Assembly (NCBI GenBank): GCA_042408215.1
Contig: JAYFMW010000017.1
Span: 320,001-384,000, forward strand
DNA: 64,000 bases
Origin: Microcoleus sp.
GTDB lineage: Bacteria > Cyanobacteriota > Cyanobacteriia > Cyanobacteriales > Microcoleaceae
Direction of reading: 5' to 3'
The position numbers were made by a program, and so were the translations under genes. The notes under the pieces are model-generated. The model worked only from the letters and a program-made list of their open reading frames with translations, had not been told where the DNA came from and made no database searches. This document shows positions 52,282 to 62,772 of this stretch, piece after piece (the stretch's first letter is position 1; every line of letters starts with the position of its first letter).

Positions 52282-52489
52282 CATTGGTGTCAACTTAAGA
52301 CTAAAACCCTTGATAAATCTCGTTTTTACGCTAAGTCTAGATCCCCCTAAATCCCCCTTAATAAGGGGAGTAGGGGTTGACTTTGAGAAGACTCCTGTCC
52401 CCCCCTTCTTAAGGGGGGTTAGGGGGGATCTAAGTTTAATGGTCAAACAGCCATCTGTGAATGGGTTTGACGTTAAGTTGACACTAATG
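52282..52489. mobile_element. MITE (CATTGGTGTCAACTTAA family) embedded in REP-like hairpins
   Basis: Same body as 37601-37818 and the 22 kb array units. Confidence 0.8.
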
Positions 52490-52631
52490 GGCTCTTGGAG
52501 TGTCCGGCGCGAGCATCTGTAGGGAGACGGCAATGCCGTGTCCCTACGGTTGGCTTTGACTTTTAATAATTGGTATAAGATTGAGGATTGTAGCAAGACT
52601 TTTGTAAATTGGTATTATTGGCGATCGTTTT

Positions 52632-52853
52632 TCAAGTCGTAAGTTGATATATTGCAGGTCGATATTTCGGTTCGGGAATGGGTTTTCCCGTAGCTTTTGC
52701 AGCTTCCAGCCATGCTGTTTTAGCAATCTGTACTTCCTGCAAAGCTAATTCTGGGGTTTCGCCAAAAGCGGAACAATATTTTAAGTCTGGAATATCGGCA
52801 ATATATCCTTCATCTTCGTTGCTGTAAAAAATATTGATGTGATAGTCTTTCAT
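52632..52853 (-). CDS. hicB: HicB-family antitoxin
   Basis: YIADIPDL.YCSAFGETPELAL...W; ATGA overlap with hicA. Confidence 0.85.
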   Translation of the reverse strand: MKDYHINIFYSNEDEGYIADIPDLKYCSAFGETPELALQEVQIAKTAWLEAAKATGKPIPEPKYRPAIYQLTT

Positions 52854-53107
52854 GGTTCATCATCCTCTATTGTGAGAGCGTATTCCTCGATTATCGCTAA
52901 GAATTGACGGACTTGATAGGGTGTCACCTCACCTTTCTTATTTTGAATGTTAACGATTTCTGGCACTTCGGGATGATTGAATATGTGATGACTGCCACTG
53001 ACTCTCGCCAGACTAAAGCCAAAGGCTTCAATCAGTGTCACCATTTCATTAAACTTGATGTTTTTTGACCCAGATAGCACCTTTTCTAAAATTTTACGTT
53101 TTTTCAT
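52850..53107 (-). CDS. hicA: HicA-family toxin
   Basis: GF...RVSGSHHIF.HP and YQVRQ motifs. Confidence 0.85.
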   Translation of the reverse strand: MKKRKILEKVLSGSKNIKFNEMVTLIEAFGFSLARVSGSHHIFNHPEVPEIVNIQNKKGEVTPYQVRQFLAIIEEYALTIEDDEP

Positions 53108-53129
53108 CGCTTTAAAAAGTTAATTAATC

Positions 53130-53576
53130 CTATTCCTCGTATAAACCAGCTTCCTCAGTCATCTCGATTAGCTGGTCTAACAGTTTACGGCGCTTGCTGT
53201 CGCGCTGTTCTTTATAAATGATTAAATCCTTAAATCGAATTCGCCGATGGGAACCTACTTTGATATAAGGAATTGCTCCTTCATCTAGCAACTTCACAAG
53301 AAATGGTCGCGATACATTCAGGATATCGGCAGCAAGCTGCGTCGTCAGTTCGCGATTGTGACGAACAATCGAAACAGCCCGATCAGATGCCATTGCTTGT
53401 ACAGCTTGACGCAGGATGTTGCAGACTGATTCTGGAATTAGAATCTCTTCTCCGTTACTTGTGACTAATTTTGGTTGTGCAGATTCTCGGCTGAGCATCT
53501 GTGCTAATTGTGCTATTGATTCTTGTTCTTTTTCTGGAAGTAAGACTGACTCTGGCGATGCTTTTTGCCTCGACAT
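53130..53576 (-). CDS. Excisionase-family HTH protein
   Basis: ELTTQLAADILNVSRPFLVKLLDEG.IPY..VGSHRRI. Confidence 0.85.
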   Translation of the reverse strand: MSRQKASPESVLLPEKEQESIAQLAQMLSRESAQPKLVTSNGEEILIPESVCNILRQAVQAMASDRAVSIVRHNRELTTQLAADILNVSRPFLVKLLDEGAIPYIKVGSHRRIRFKDLIIYKEQRDSKRRKLLDQLIEMTEEAGLYEE

Positions 53577-53656
53577 AGTAATATCTATTTTTTGATTGTT
53601 TTCTTCAGGATAACACTTTTAGTGCACAAACGCAATATCCGCAACAAACGAAATAT

Positions 53657-53881
53657 TCAAACCGCTTGAAATAATCGTTCTAGCTTCTTAGTTGCTGGCA
53701 ATGCTTTACCTTCAGCCTGACAACTCTCAATTAGTAACTCCAGTACCTCTTGTGCATTATAGATAGCTTCTTCATAAGAATCTCCGTGAGTTACCGGCTG
53801 CATTACATCCTCAAATTCCGGCAAAAACACCACAAAGCACCGATCTTCTTCTGACCATTGGATAACAACTGTATATTTCAT
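53657..53881 (-). CDS. HicB-family protein (orphan)
   Basis: IQWSEED..FVV.LPEF...THGDSYEEA. Confidence 0.8.
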   Translation of the reverse strand: MKYTVVIQWSEEDRCFVVFLPEFEDVMQPVTHGDSYEEAIYNAQEVLELLIESCQAEGKALPATKKLERLFQAV

Positions 53882-53892
53882 GGTTCGTTAAC

Positions 53893-54441
53893 TTATCGCA
53901 TCTTTTGTTCTACTTCCTCTAGGGGCAAATCGAGAGCTTGAGCAATTTGTTCTGCCGTTAAGCCAATTTTTACCAATCGCGGTATCGTTTCTAGTTTAGC
54001 TAGCTTTCGCTCAGTTTCAATATTGTCATCCTTGCTAGTCAGATGTGTGGAAGTTTCTCTACTGATAGATTCAAATTTTTCTGATTTAGATTTTTCTTTT
54101 ACTTCTGAAGGATTAGAGCAGTGATTAATATTACCACCAATAACATAATGACCAATAATTTGACTTTTATAATGAGATTTGTCAACTCCCAATCTTTCAA
54201 TAGAAGCACGAAAATTTGACTTATTCAAATCTTCTCCCAAGACTTCAGAAATAATTTGCCAAAGTGCGTAAGCTTCATCTTTTGCATGACCTCGCGTACA
54301 TTGATATTCTTTCGCAATATCGGCGTATTTCTGACCGTTGAGAACGCCTTTAATAATTGCTCTTTGCAGACTATCGAGGTGCTTACCTGTTTGAGCGACA
54401 ACCTGTTCGTCTAAATATTTCAACACCTTTGTCACGTCCAT
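53893..54441 (-). CDS. Hypothetical protein with N-terminal HTH and Rpn-like C-terminal tail
   Basis: HLDSLQRAII.G...QKYADIA...LW...S..LGE; C-terminal GLTAEQIAQALDLPLEEV. Confidence 0.7.
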   Translation of the reverse strand: MDVTKVLKYLDEQVVAQTGKHLDSLQRAIIKGVLNGQKYADIAKEYQCTRGHAKDEAYALWQIISEVLGEDLNKSNFRASIERLGVDKSHYKSQIIGHYVIGGNINHCSNPSEVKEKSKSEKFESISRETSTHLTSKDDNIETERKLAKLETIPRLVKIGLTAEQIAQALDLPLEEVEQKMR

Positions 54442-54675
54442 AGTTTGCTACTTAAATGCTACTCTATCCGTCATTATCCGCTAAAATCCGCCTCCTGTAA
54501 ATATTCTTAACATAACTCCCGTCTTTATCCGCCTTTATCCGCCACTCAAAAATTATGACGCCTTTGAGATTTCAGGAATAATAAAGTATAAAAAGTGACT
54601 CCATCTTACGAGTCAGTCTTAACTAAGGCGATCGGGGTGGGTTATTGATTATAGACCTCATTCAAGGATAAAACA

Positions 54676-55128
54676 ATGAAGTTGAAGATTCTTGGCTCAG
54701 CGGCCATCGCAACCATAACTGGAGTATTTATGTCCTCTCTAGGTTTAGTGTTTACTGCTCCAGCGCGTGCAGATTTTGTTGTATGCAATAGGGCGGCTAA
54801 GAAAGCTTTTGTAGCAGTGTCGTGGACCGATCCACAAGGACAAACGTGGTCTAAAGGATGGTTACAGCTTCAACCAGGAGCTTGTGGTTCAGCTTTAAAT
54901 GGAAGAGTGAGCAATGCAGAAATAGGAGTTTATGCAGAAACTTTGAGTGGAGGGATAGTATCAGACAATACTCGTAGATGCGTCATCTGGGTGCAGGTTG
55001 AACCTTTATGGAATATTCGGGATGCTGGTAATCCCAATCGCTGTAAAGGAAGGGGAAGAGAAATGAAGGTTTTCCAGATGATCAAGACTGGTAGCAGCCC
55101 TGACTATACGTTTGAAGTGTTTGATTAG
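54676..55128 (+). CDS. Secreted DUF1036-type protein
   Basis: Signal peptide ARA|DFVVCN and SKGW.L.PG.C pattern. Confidence 0.75.
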   Translation: MKLKILGSAAIATITGVFMSSLGLVFTAPARADFVVCNRAAKKAFVAVSWTDPQGQTWSKGWLQLQPGACGSALNGRVSNAEIGVYAETLSGGIVSDNTRRCVIWVQVEPLWNIRDAGNPNRCKGRGREMKVFQMIKTGSSPDYTFEVFD

Positions 55129-55186
55129 TAAGGTGGGGTGCGTTATCAGCGGAGTACGGCATCTTGAAAAATACCGCGCTCGCTCC

Positions 55187-55307
55187 GGGTGCATCTCAAT
55201 TTTGTAAGGGCGAAGCATGACCGCAGATAATTTATGAGTTAAAAGCAGAGATTTACTGCGGTCATGCTTCGCCCCTACGGACATATTTGCAAAATTGGGA
55301 TGCTCCC
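55187..55307. repeat. REP-like palindrome nested within MITE-like ends
   Basis: GGGCGAAGCATGACCGCAG...CTGCGGTCATGCTTCGCCC lies within GGGTGCATCTCAATTTT...AAAATTGGGATGCTCCC. Confidence 0.65.
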
Positions 55308-55649
55308 GATCGCTCCTCACTTACTTCACCAACAAAGAAGGCGATCGCACTTATTTTACCAGTCATCTAACTAATTCAAGGGACGCGATCGCTCAGTTAA
55401 AATGAAGAGGACGAGGTATAAGATAATTTTTATTATCCTTTATTTCGACGATCGCCGAAACGACAAAAATACAAAAACGTAGTTTCTGCACTCCAATCGA
55501 AGAAAGAAACCGGGTTTTTACCAAATCTGCGGGCTACAACGAAGTATTATCGTAAAAAACCCGGTTTCTGGGCCCCATGTGTAAGTCCTATGACTCATCG
55601 ATCGCCAAAGAATAACGGATAATGAGATTATCGCCAACATTGAGGGAAG

Positions 55650-55811
55650 ATGACTTCTCAAACGATCGAACTTTTGGAAGATTTGCTAGGCAAGTTACAG
55701 CACTTACTCCCGGAAAATCAGCAGCTTTTGTTAACTTTTGCAGAGTTTTTACTGGAACGACAGATGCGATCGATCCCCGAAAACACTTCAGTCTACTTTA
55801 AGCAGATTTGA
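55650..55811 (+). CDS. Small DUF2281-like antitoxin-type ORF or remnant (53 aa)
   Basis: GAGGG RBS; KLQHLLPENQQLLLTFAEFL pattern; below the ORF-track length cutoff. Confidence 0.4.
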   Translation: MTSQTIELLEDLLGKLQHLLPENQQLLLTFAEFLLERQMRSIPENTSVYFKQI

Positions 55812-56562
55812 CCGCAATCTCTGCGATCGCGGGTTGATATTGAAAACTGGAGAAGAGACGAAAATCATCTCTACAATGGACACTCATTTTACATAACAGG
55901 CGAAACTGGAGTGGAGTAGGAGGTTTATTGACACGCTCTACCCGCACTTCTAAGTTAGAATTTTGTCGCAGCAACTCAAAAACTTCTGCTAGCAAATATC
56001 GCGGAAAATAGCCGACAATGGAGCGATCGCCAGTGTTGGAAATCAGAACCCGATCGTCGTAGGGATTTTGCACTTCACGATCGAACTCTAACGTTTCCGC
56101 CGCCTCAAACCGATCGATCCGATCGATCGCACTTCTGGGCAAATGTCGCAAACCCTGCGAAAAAAAGTAAAGATTGTACCGTCCTTCTTCGTCAACTTCC
56201 GGATCGGGAAAAACGGCAAACGTATCTGTGACTCGTTCCCCACCACTGCGAGCTAAAATTGCCATTGGGCTAGGGTCATCGTGGAGGAGGTCGAGCTGTT
56301 CGATAAAACGGGAATAATCGGGACGCGATCGCGACATAACCCGATTCGCAAATACGGGAAACAAATAAGTTGACGTATAAACCTCATCTAAGCGTGGAAA
56401 CGAAAGCAACGGTGTAAAAGCACATTTCTCTTCGGCTTCTTTTACACCTTGGGTATAAACAAATTGATAGATATTCTTATCAAAGGTTAATCGACCGATC
56501 GTAAACCAATTAGGACTGATGGGGTCTTTCCAAGCTAAGAATAGTGTTTTTGGTGTTTTCAA
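55798..56562 (-). CDS. HIRAN-domain protein with HipS-like N-terminus
   Basis: IGRL...Y.F.Y and LFPVFANRV.SRSRPDY; C-terminal RE..NPYD...VGYFPRY; TTGA overlap with the kinase. Confidence 0.75.
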   Translation of the reverse strand: MKTPKTLFLAWKDPISPNWFTIGRLTFDKNIYQFVYTQGVKEAEEKCAFTPLLSFPRLDEVYTSTYLFPVFANRVMSRSRPDYSRFIEQLDLLHDDPSPMAILARSGGERVTDTFAVFPDPEVDEEGRYNLYFFSQGLRHLPRSAIDRIDRFEAAETLEFDREVQNPYDDRVLISNTGDRSIVGYFPRYLLAEVFELLRQNSNLEVRVERVNKPPTPLQFRLLCKMSVHCRDDFRLFSSFQYQPAIAEIAVKSA

Positions 56563-57479
56563 AGTAGTGCTTCTCTCAAAGTAAGTAACCGATGTTTGTT
56601 GATTTCAAGAATCGCCCGAGCAAAATTGCTAGCTTCGGGGGAGATGCGCGAGGGATTGATGCGATTAAAAATATTTAAAATATCGGCTGGTGAGATATTT
56701 TCAAGCTGCACTAACCACAGGCGAGCGGCTTCGGGATAGCGATGAGCCACAAGCCAGAACGTATCAAAAGTTTTAAGCGTCTTTCGATCTTCAACACTAC
56801 TATAAAACGCCGAAAAACATTTGTTTGCATAAGCTTCCGCCGAACGCTTCTGTCTTTGAGAGTCAGAGAGATCGCGTCCCAAACTTGAAGCATGGTCGTA
56901 AGTCGGTGCTAGATATTTTTTTCCTTCTGAAGTCGATGCTGTTTTCATTCGGATAACCCCCCAGTTTTCATGGTGGCGATCGCCGTTTCCGATCCACGCA
57001 TCGAGCAGAAGATAGCCAACAAACACATCGACTGCTCTTTGGATACCAGAAGGCGGTGTCCAACCAATGGGTAAATTGACAGACTCCTCTTCAATGACCC
57101 TCAACACTACATCTATTGTATGTTGCGAGATGCCATAGGTTCCAAATGTCGGATAATTCCGCACAATTGAGGAAAGAAGCTCGTTCCCGTGAACGAGTAT
57201 TCCCCCTTGTGGTACAAAGTTGAGAGAGACGATGCCGCGATCGCCTTCCCAAGTTGAAGCCAATTCGTAAATAGCATGGGGAAGTCCCAAGAGTTCGCAT
57301 AATTCCGATGCAACTTTTTCCGCCCAATCCTCTCCCAAATTGTGTCGGTTTTGTTTGTAAAGACAGCGACCAAGTTCTTCTCGATCGAACCAAAACTTGT
57401 ATTTGCTTCCTAACGTTTCATTCGAGGAAGCTTCATAAGCGTCCTGCGTCACCAGAAAGATGGGAAATTCATCGGTCAT
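56559..57479 (-). CDS. HipA-like Ser/Thr kinase
   Basis: LGSKYKFW, GEDWAEK, DAWIGNGDRHHENWG and LAPTYDH motifs. Confidence 0.88.
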   Translation of the reverse strand: MTDEFPIFLVTQDAYEASSNETLGSKYKFWFDREELGRCLYKQNRHNLGEDWAEKVASELCELLGLPHAIYELASTWEGDRGIVSLNFVPQGGILVHGNELLSSIVRNYPTFGTYGISQHTIDVVLRVIEEESVNLPIGWTPPSGIQRAVDVFVGYLLLDAWIGNGDRHHENWGVIRMKTASTSEGKKYLAPTYDHASSLGRDLSDSQRQKRSAEAYANKCFSAFYSSVEDRKTLKTFDTFWLVAHRYPEAARLWLVQLENISPADILNIFNRINPSRISPEASNFARAILEINKHRLLTLREALL

Positions 57480-57619
57480 AAATCGGAAATACCGCAGCCC
57501 AACCACTTAAAATACATCGTGCCACCCTCAATCTATATTAAAGCCGGTTTCTCGACTCCTTGGCTCTTGCATCCCTCGCAGATGTACAATTAGGACGATC
57601 GCATTCCCCTAGCTCAACC

Positions 57620-58915
57620 GTGATAGACCGCTACACTCTGCCCGAAATGGGCAACATCTGGACTGAAACCGCCAAACTCAAAACCTGGCTACAAGTAGAA
57701 ATTGCTGTCTGCGAAGCTCAAGCCGAACTTGGCTACATCCCCGCCGCCGCCGTCGAAGAAATCAAAGCTAAGGCTAATTTTGACCCCAAACGAGTCCTCG
57801 AAATTGAAGCCGAAGTCCGCCATGACATGATTGCCTTCTTGACAAATGTCAACGAATATGTAGGCGATGCCGGCCGCTACATCCACCTTGGTTTAACCAG
57901 TTCCGACGTGCTCGATACCGCTTTGGCATTACAATTAGTCGCCAGCGTCAATATTTTGTTAGAACGAGTCGAAGATTTGAGCCAAGCTATTCGCTATCAG
58001 GCCCAACAACACCGCAATACCGTCATGGTTGGCCGATCGCACGGAATACACGCCGAACCCATCACCTTTGGCTTTAAACTAGCAGGATGGCTGGCCGAAG
58101 TCTTTCGCAACCGCGCCAGATTAGTCAATTTGCGATCGTCCATAGCAGTCGGCAAAATCTCCGGCGCAGTCGGAACCTATGCTAATATCGATCCGCGAAT
58201 AGAAGCGATCGCCACCCGGAACCTCGGACTCGAACCCGATACCGCATCGACTCAAGTCATTTCGCGCGATCGACACGCCGAATACGTCCAAACCTTAGCA
58301 CTGTTAGCCGCATCGATCGAACGTTTCGCAGTAGAAATTCGCAACCTACAACGCACCGACGTTCTCGAAGTCGAAGAGTTCTTTTCCAAAGGGCAAAAAG
58401 GCTCATCCGCCATGCCGCACAAACGCAACCCGATTCGATCGGAAAGACTCACCGGAATGGCAAGAATTGTCCGCGCCAACGCCGTCGCAGCCTTAGAAAA
58501 CGTGGCGCTTTGGCACGAAAGAGACATCTCTCACAGTTCCGTAGAACGGATGATTTTGCCCGACAGTTCCACTGTTACCCACTTCATGTTAGTAGAAACC
58601 ACAGACTTAGTAAAACACCTGCTAGTCTATCCCGAAAACATGAAACAAAACATGAACCTTTACGGCGGAGTCATCTTCAGCCAGCGCGTGATGTTAGCCT
58701 TAGTAGAAAAAGGCACGAGTCGCGAAGATGCCTATAAAATTGTACAATCTTGTGCTCACGAAGCCTGGAACAAGCCAGGGGGCAATTTCTACAATTTAAT
58801 TGCCAAGGACGAGCGAGTTACTGCTAAGATGACGAGCAAAGAAATTGATGATTGTTTCGATCCGCAGTACCAATTAAGGCACTTAGATTTAGTGTATCAA
58901 CGCTTGGGAATTTAA
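57620..58915 (+). CDS. purB: Adenylosuccinate lyase
   Basis: GTG start IDRY; HLGLTSSD, GRSHG and GSSAMPHKRNP motifs. Confidence 0.97.
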   Translation: MIDRYTLPEMGNIWTETAKLKTWLQVEIAVCEAQAELGYIPAAAVEEIKAKANFDPKRVLEIEAEVRHDMIAFLTNVNEYVGDAGRYIHLGLTSSDVLDTALALQLVASVNILLERVEDLSQAIRYQAQQHRNTVMVGRSHGIHAEPITFGFKLAGWLAEVFRNRARLVNLRSSIAVGKISGAVGTYANIDPRIEAIATRNLGLEPDTASTQVISRDRHAEYVQTLALLAASIERFAVEIRNLQRTDVLEVEEFFSKGQKGSSAMPHKRNPIRSERLTGMARIVRANAVAALENVALWHERDISHSSVERMILPDSSTVTHFMLVETTDLVKHLLVYPENMKQNMNLYGGVIFSQRVMLALVEKGTSREDAYKIVQSCAHEAWNKPGGNFYNLIAKDERVTAKMTSKEIDDCFDPQYQLRHLDLVYQRLGI

Positions 58916-59111
58916 AAACATTTTGAATTTCAGACAGTAAAAAGCAGAGAAATATTAGCCACAGAATCCTTGAATCAACCTGTGGCTTTACTCAGTAACA
59001 AGACTCACTTCTTCCTCAGAATTATTCATCTCTCTCTTCTCTTCCTCTGTGTCCTCTGCGCTCTCTGCGGTTAAATCAATCTATTCTCCAAGACTCACCA
59101 TCAGAACAGCT

Positions 59112-59837
59112 ATGAAATTTAATCGTTTTGGAAAATACCCGATCGCATTTATGCTAGTGTTGCTATGTGCGATCGGTCTGCACCATCCAACATTTGTCCG
59201 CGCCGAGGAGCCACCACAAGTGCAAATCTCCCAAACAGAACCAACCCCGATCGCACCTGAAAGCATTTTCATGAGTCAACTTCCCAATTGGGCGCGACTT
59301 GTTGATATCCGCACCATCAACCGCAACATTAGCCTCGATATTCGCTACGCCACGGCTAACAATTTCTTGAAACAAAAAATGTACCCGATCGCGAAATGTG
59401 CCTTGAGAAATTCAGTTGCTCAAAAGTTAGCGCTAGTTCAAACAGATTTAGAAAAAATCGGATTGGGTTTGAAAGTTTACGATTGCTACAGGCCTTTCTC
59501 TGTTACAAAACAAATGTGGGAATTTTTGCCAGATCCGCGCTATGTTGCTAATCCTGCTAGGGGTTCGCGGCACAATCGCGGTGCTGCTGTCGATTTGACT
59601 TTAGTCGATCGCACGGGCAAAGAATTAGAAATGCCAACACCTTACGATGATTTTACCACAAAAGCGCACAGAAATTACCAAGGAGGCAGCGCGGAATCTC
59701 GGAAAAATCGTCAATTGCTGGAAGATGCGATGAAAAAACAGGGATTTATTGGGATTAGCACAGAATGGTGGCACTTTGATTCGGAAGATTGGGAGAAATT
59801 TGCGATTCTTGATATCTCGCTTTCGGCGATTCCTTAA
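59112..59837 (+). CDS. D-Ala-D-Ala dipeptidase (peptidase M15D, VanX/DdpX-like), exported
   Basis: DCYRP, SRHNRGAAVD and EWWHF motifs; signal peptide. Confidence 0.9.
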   Translation: MKFNRFGKYPIAFMLVLLCAIGLHHPTFVRAEEPPQVQISQTEPTPIAPESIFMSQLPNWARLVDIRTINRNISLDIRYATANNFLKQKMYPIAKCALRNSVAQKLALVQTDLEKIGLGLKVYDCYRPFSVTKQMWEFLPDPRYVANPARGSRHNRGAAVDLTLVDRTGKELEMPTPYDDFTTKAHRNYQGGSAESRKNRQLLEDAMKKQGFIGISTEWWHFDSEDWEKFAILDISLSAIP

Positions 59838-59886
59838 TTATACTATTTATTAAAAGGTAGGGACACGGCACTGCCGTGTCCTCCTG

Positions 59887-60137
59887 GTAGGGACACTCAA
59901 GCGTGCCCATTGGTGTCAACAACCAGGCTGAAACCCTTGATAAATCTCGCTTATAGGCGAAGTCTAGATCCCCCTAAATCCCCCTTAAGAAGGGGAGTAG
60001 GGGGTGACTTTGAGTACACTCTTGTTCCCCCCTTCTTAAGGGGGGCTAGGGGGGATCTAGGTCTAATGGTCAAATAGCAGGCTGGTACTACCTTTGACCT
60101 TAAGTTGACACTAATAGGCACGCTTGAGTGTCCCTAC
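59887..60137. mobile_element. MITE inserted in the centre of a REP-like palindrome
   Basis: GTAGGGACACTCAAGCGTGCC-[CATTGGTGTCAAC...GTTGACACTAATA]-GGCACGCTTGAGTGTCCCTAC. Confidence 0.8.
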
Positions 60138-60151
60138 AGATGCCAGGAAAA

Positions 60152-60997
60152 TTATCGCACTCGCACGAAAAATTCGTATTCAAATCCCCGGAAATTTGAG
60201 TCTAATTGTAATGTGTAATTGCCAGTAACAGGCATTTTTCCCGTCCACTCAGTTGGATTGTCTTTATAAGGATCTCCAGCCAAAAGTTTGCCGTTAGGAG
60301 TCATAATTTGCGGAAAAACATCTTTCCTATTCCTAACAGTCATAGTTTGACCCTTGGTGGCGCGAATTATGTAAGAATGACTGCCGCCACCAATAATTCT
60401 ACCTTTAACAATTGCCTCATCTCCTCCCGGCCGAAAATTAATCTGCTGTCTGACATTGGGACAACTGCTTTCGGTGCGGTTTTTCGCAATCCAACCGGGC
60501 ACTGGATCGGTAATTCGTAACCAGCCGTTTTGTTCTTCGGTGACGGAAACAAAGGTATTATTTTTGAGTGTTCCTACTATTTTGCTGTCGGTTACTCGTG
60601 GGTGCGATCGCACATTCAGCGGTGGATTAGGATCGCTGACTACAGCCATACTGATTTTGCAGCCCGAATTTGGAGGTGTGACAACTATCGGCTCAACTTT
60701 TGGCTTCGAGACTCCTGCGATTAGCGAAGATTCAACTGCCGAGTTTGTTGCAGGTTGGGGTTCAGATTTTTGAGATTCGATGGCCGGGGTTTTTGGCTCC
60801 AGAGGTTCCGATTTCTGAGATTCGGAGCTCGTTGTTGGAACCGCTGAAATCGTTTTTTTGTCGGATACTGACGATTCTGTCAGGGGAGGATTGGAGACTT
60901 CCATCGAACCCGACTGTATGGTGGCCCAGGCTACTCCGATCGCAGTTGACAGACCTGCTAAGCTGATGATGATGATTTGGCTAGTTTTTAATGACAT
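60152..60997 (-). CDS. Bacterial SH3-domain protein, membrane-anchored
   Basis: DPNPPLNVRSHP...GWLRI...GWI; C-terminal PPC-like beta domain. Confidence 0.8.
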   Translation of the reverse strand: MSLKTSQIIIISLAGLSTAIGVAWATIQSGSMEVSNPPLTESSVSDKKTISAVPTTSSESQKSEPLEPKTPAIESQKSEPQPATNSAVESSLIAGVSKPKVEPIVVTPPNSGCKISMAVVSDPNPPLNVRSHPRVTDSKIVGTLKNNTFVSVTEEQNGWLRITDPVPGWIAKNRTESSCPNVRQQINFRPGGDEAIVKGRIIGGGSHSYIIRATKGQTMTVRNRKDVFPQIMTPNGKLLAGDPYKDNPTEWTGKMPVTGNYTLQLDSNFRGFEYEFFVRVR

Positions 60998-61190
60998 ATA
61001 TTTATACCTCTTGATCTATGTTAATAATTTTTGTTGAAAAACAGGGATCCCAGACTGTTAATTTTAGGTAAAATATCCATTAGGGACTGGTTGTTCAGAC
61101 CGATCAGATTATGATACTGTTGCTGTGAGCCAGTTGTGCGTAAATCTGGCAAGGTAAGCATCCAGGGTGAGGTTGAGCCGAGTAACTAAA

Positions 61191-62564
61191 ATGCCAAGAT
61201 TTATTTCTCACAGATTACAACCGCCTCGCGATCGATTACTCTCGGAAGTGAAGCGGGAAGTCAAAGCATCTCGATCGCAGTCTTTGCACAATGCTGTGCT
61301 GTCAAACCTCTGTCAAGAGGCTGCGCCCCCTGGTGTCAGTCGCTGTTGGGATGTGGAAGTGAAGATGAGCCACCGCCCTAGTTTTCGGCTTCCTCCCAAA
61401 GCCAGCGTTGCGAAAGTGTTCGATCGCATCGGTGGTAAATTGGTCATTTTGGGAGCCACGGGTGCAGGAAAAACCACTACACTGCTGGAATTAGCTCTGG
61501 TGTTAGTTTCCCGCGCCGAAAAAGATCCTAGTTTACCAGTACCGGTGCTGTTTGAACTCGGTACTTGGAAAGCGGAATCCGGGGCGATCGCCGATTGGTT
61601 AATTACTCAACTTAATTTCAAATACGGCATCTCTCCTGCTGTGGGTAAACAGTGGCTAGCCACACAAAAAATACTGCCTCTATTAGATGGCTTGGACGAA
61701 GTAGAAACCCACCGCCAAAATTTTTGTATTCAAGCAATAAATCTGTTTATTGGAGGCGAATTTAAACCCAAGAATTTAGTTGTTTGCAGCAGTTTTGAAG
61801 TTTACAAAAACTGCCAGACTAGGTTTAAACTGCAAGCAGCGGTTTTGTTGAAACCTCTGACAGAAACTCAAATTCACAATTATCTTTTAGCAGCCCGAAG
61901 TCGCGAACTTTGGTATAGCATTGAGCAGGATTATGAGCTAGTAAAAATGGCAAAAGCACCGTTGTTTTTAAGCATGATGGCTTTGGCCTATGAGGAGATT
62001 TTAATCGAATCTTGGAAGCGTTTAAATTCAGGAGAAGAGCAGCGAAAATACTTGTTAACTGCCTACATTCGTCGCCAAATGACAGGAGCATTTAGACTGC
62101 ATCTCAGAGGTAAGGAACTGCGATCGGAACAAATTAGGCACTGGCTGGGGTGGTTGGCGAGAAGGATGGAACAGCAAGGAACTCAAGAATTATTGCTGGA
62201 TAAAATGTCGTATCGCTGGCTGGAAACAGGCGAACAGCAGCGGGTGTATCACTTTGGAGTTAAGCTGGTTGGCGGGCTGATTTGGGTCATTTTGGGATCG
62301 ATCGCAACACTCGTTACCGGCTCAATTTGGGGATTGATTGCTGGGGCGATCGCAGCGGTAATTAGTGCTTTGTTGCCGGGAATTCCAGCCATTGAAAATA
62401 TGATCTTGCACCTAGTGCTGTGGTCTAATGGCTACATTCCTTGGAATTACAGCGGTTTTCTCGATGCTGCGGCCGATCGGTTGCTGCTGCAAAAAACCGG
62501 CGATCGGCGCTATCGATTTATTCACGATTTGTTGCAAAAGCATTTTGCTGAAATTAGTCATTAG
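61191..62564 (+). CDS. NACHT-domain NTPase with C-terminal TM segments
   Basis: GATGAGKTT, LLDGLDE, PLFL and YRFIHDLLQ motifs. Confidence 0.85.
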   Translation: MPRFISHRLQPPRDRLLSEVKREVKASRSQSLHNAVLSNLCQEAAPPGVSRCWDVEVKMSHRPSFRLPPKASVAKVFDRIGGKLVILGATGAGKTTTLLELALVLVSRAEKDPSLPVPVLFELGTWKAESGAIADWLITQLNFKYGISPAVGKQWLATQKILPLLDGLDEVETHRQNFCIQAINLFIGGEFKPKNLVVCSSFEVYKNCQTRFKLQAAVLLKPLTETQIHNYLLAARSRELWYSIEQDYELVKMAKAPLFLSMMALAYEEILIESWKRLNSGEEQRKYLLTAYIRRQMTGAFRLHLRGKELRSEQIRHWLGWLARRMEQQGTQELLLDKMSYRWLETGEQQRVYHFGVKLVGGLIWVILGSIATLVTGSIWGLIAGAIAAVISALLPGIPAIENMILHLVLWSNGYIPWNYSGFLDAAADRLLLQKTGDRRYRFIHDLLQKHFAEISH

Positions 62565-62772
62565 TCATTAGTCATTAGTCATTAGTCATTAGTTATTAGT
62601 CATTAGTTATTAGTCATTAGTCATTAGTTATACAGAATGTCCAGATATAGCAGTTCTCAATCTTAGTGAGGTATGCCCTATGCCCTATGCCCTATGCCCT
62701 ATGCCCGCTGATCCGAAAGCACCTCATATTACTGAGAAAGGCTATACCAAACTTCTTCAATAAGTCTGGTAT

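Noticed and set aside
52114..52596. 160 aa minus-strand ORF (also 37705..37911 and 48239..48490)
   Set aside because: Translations of MITE/REP sequence
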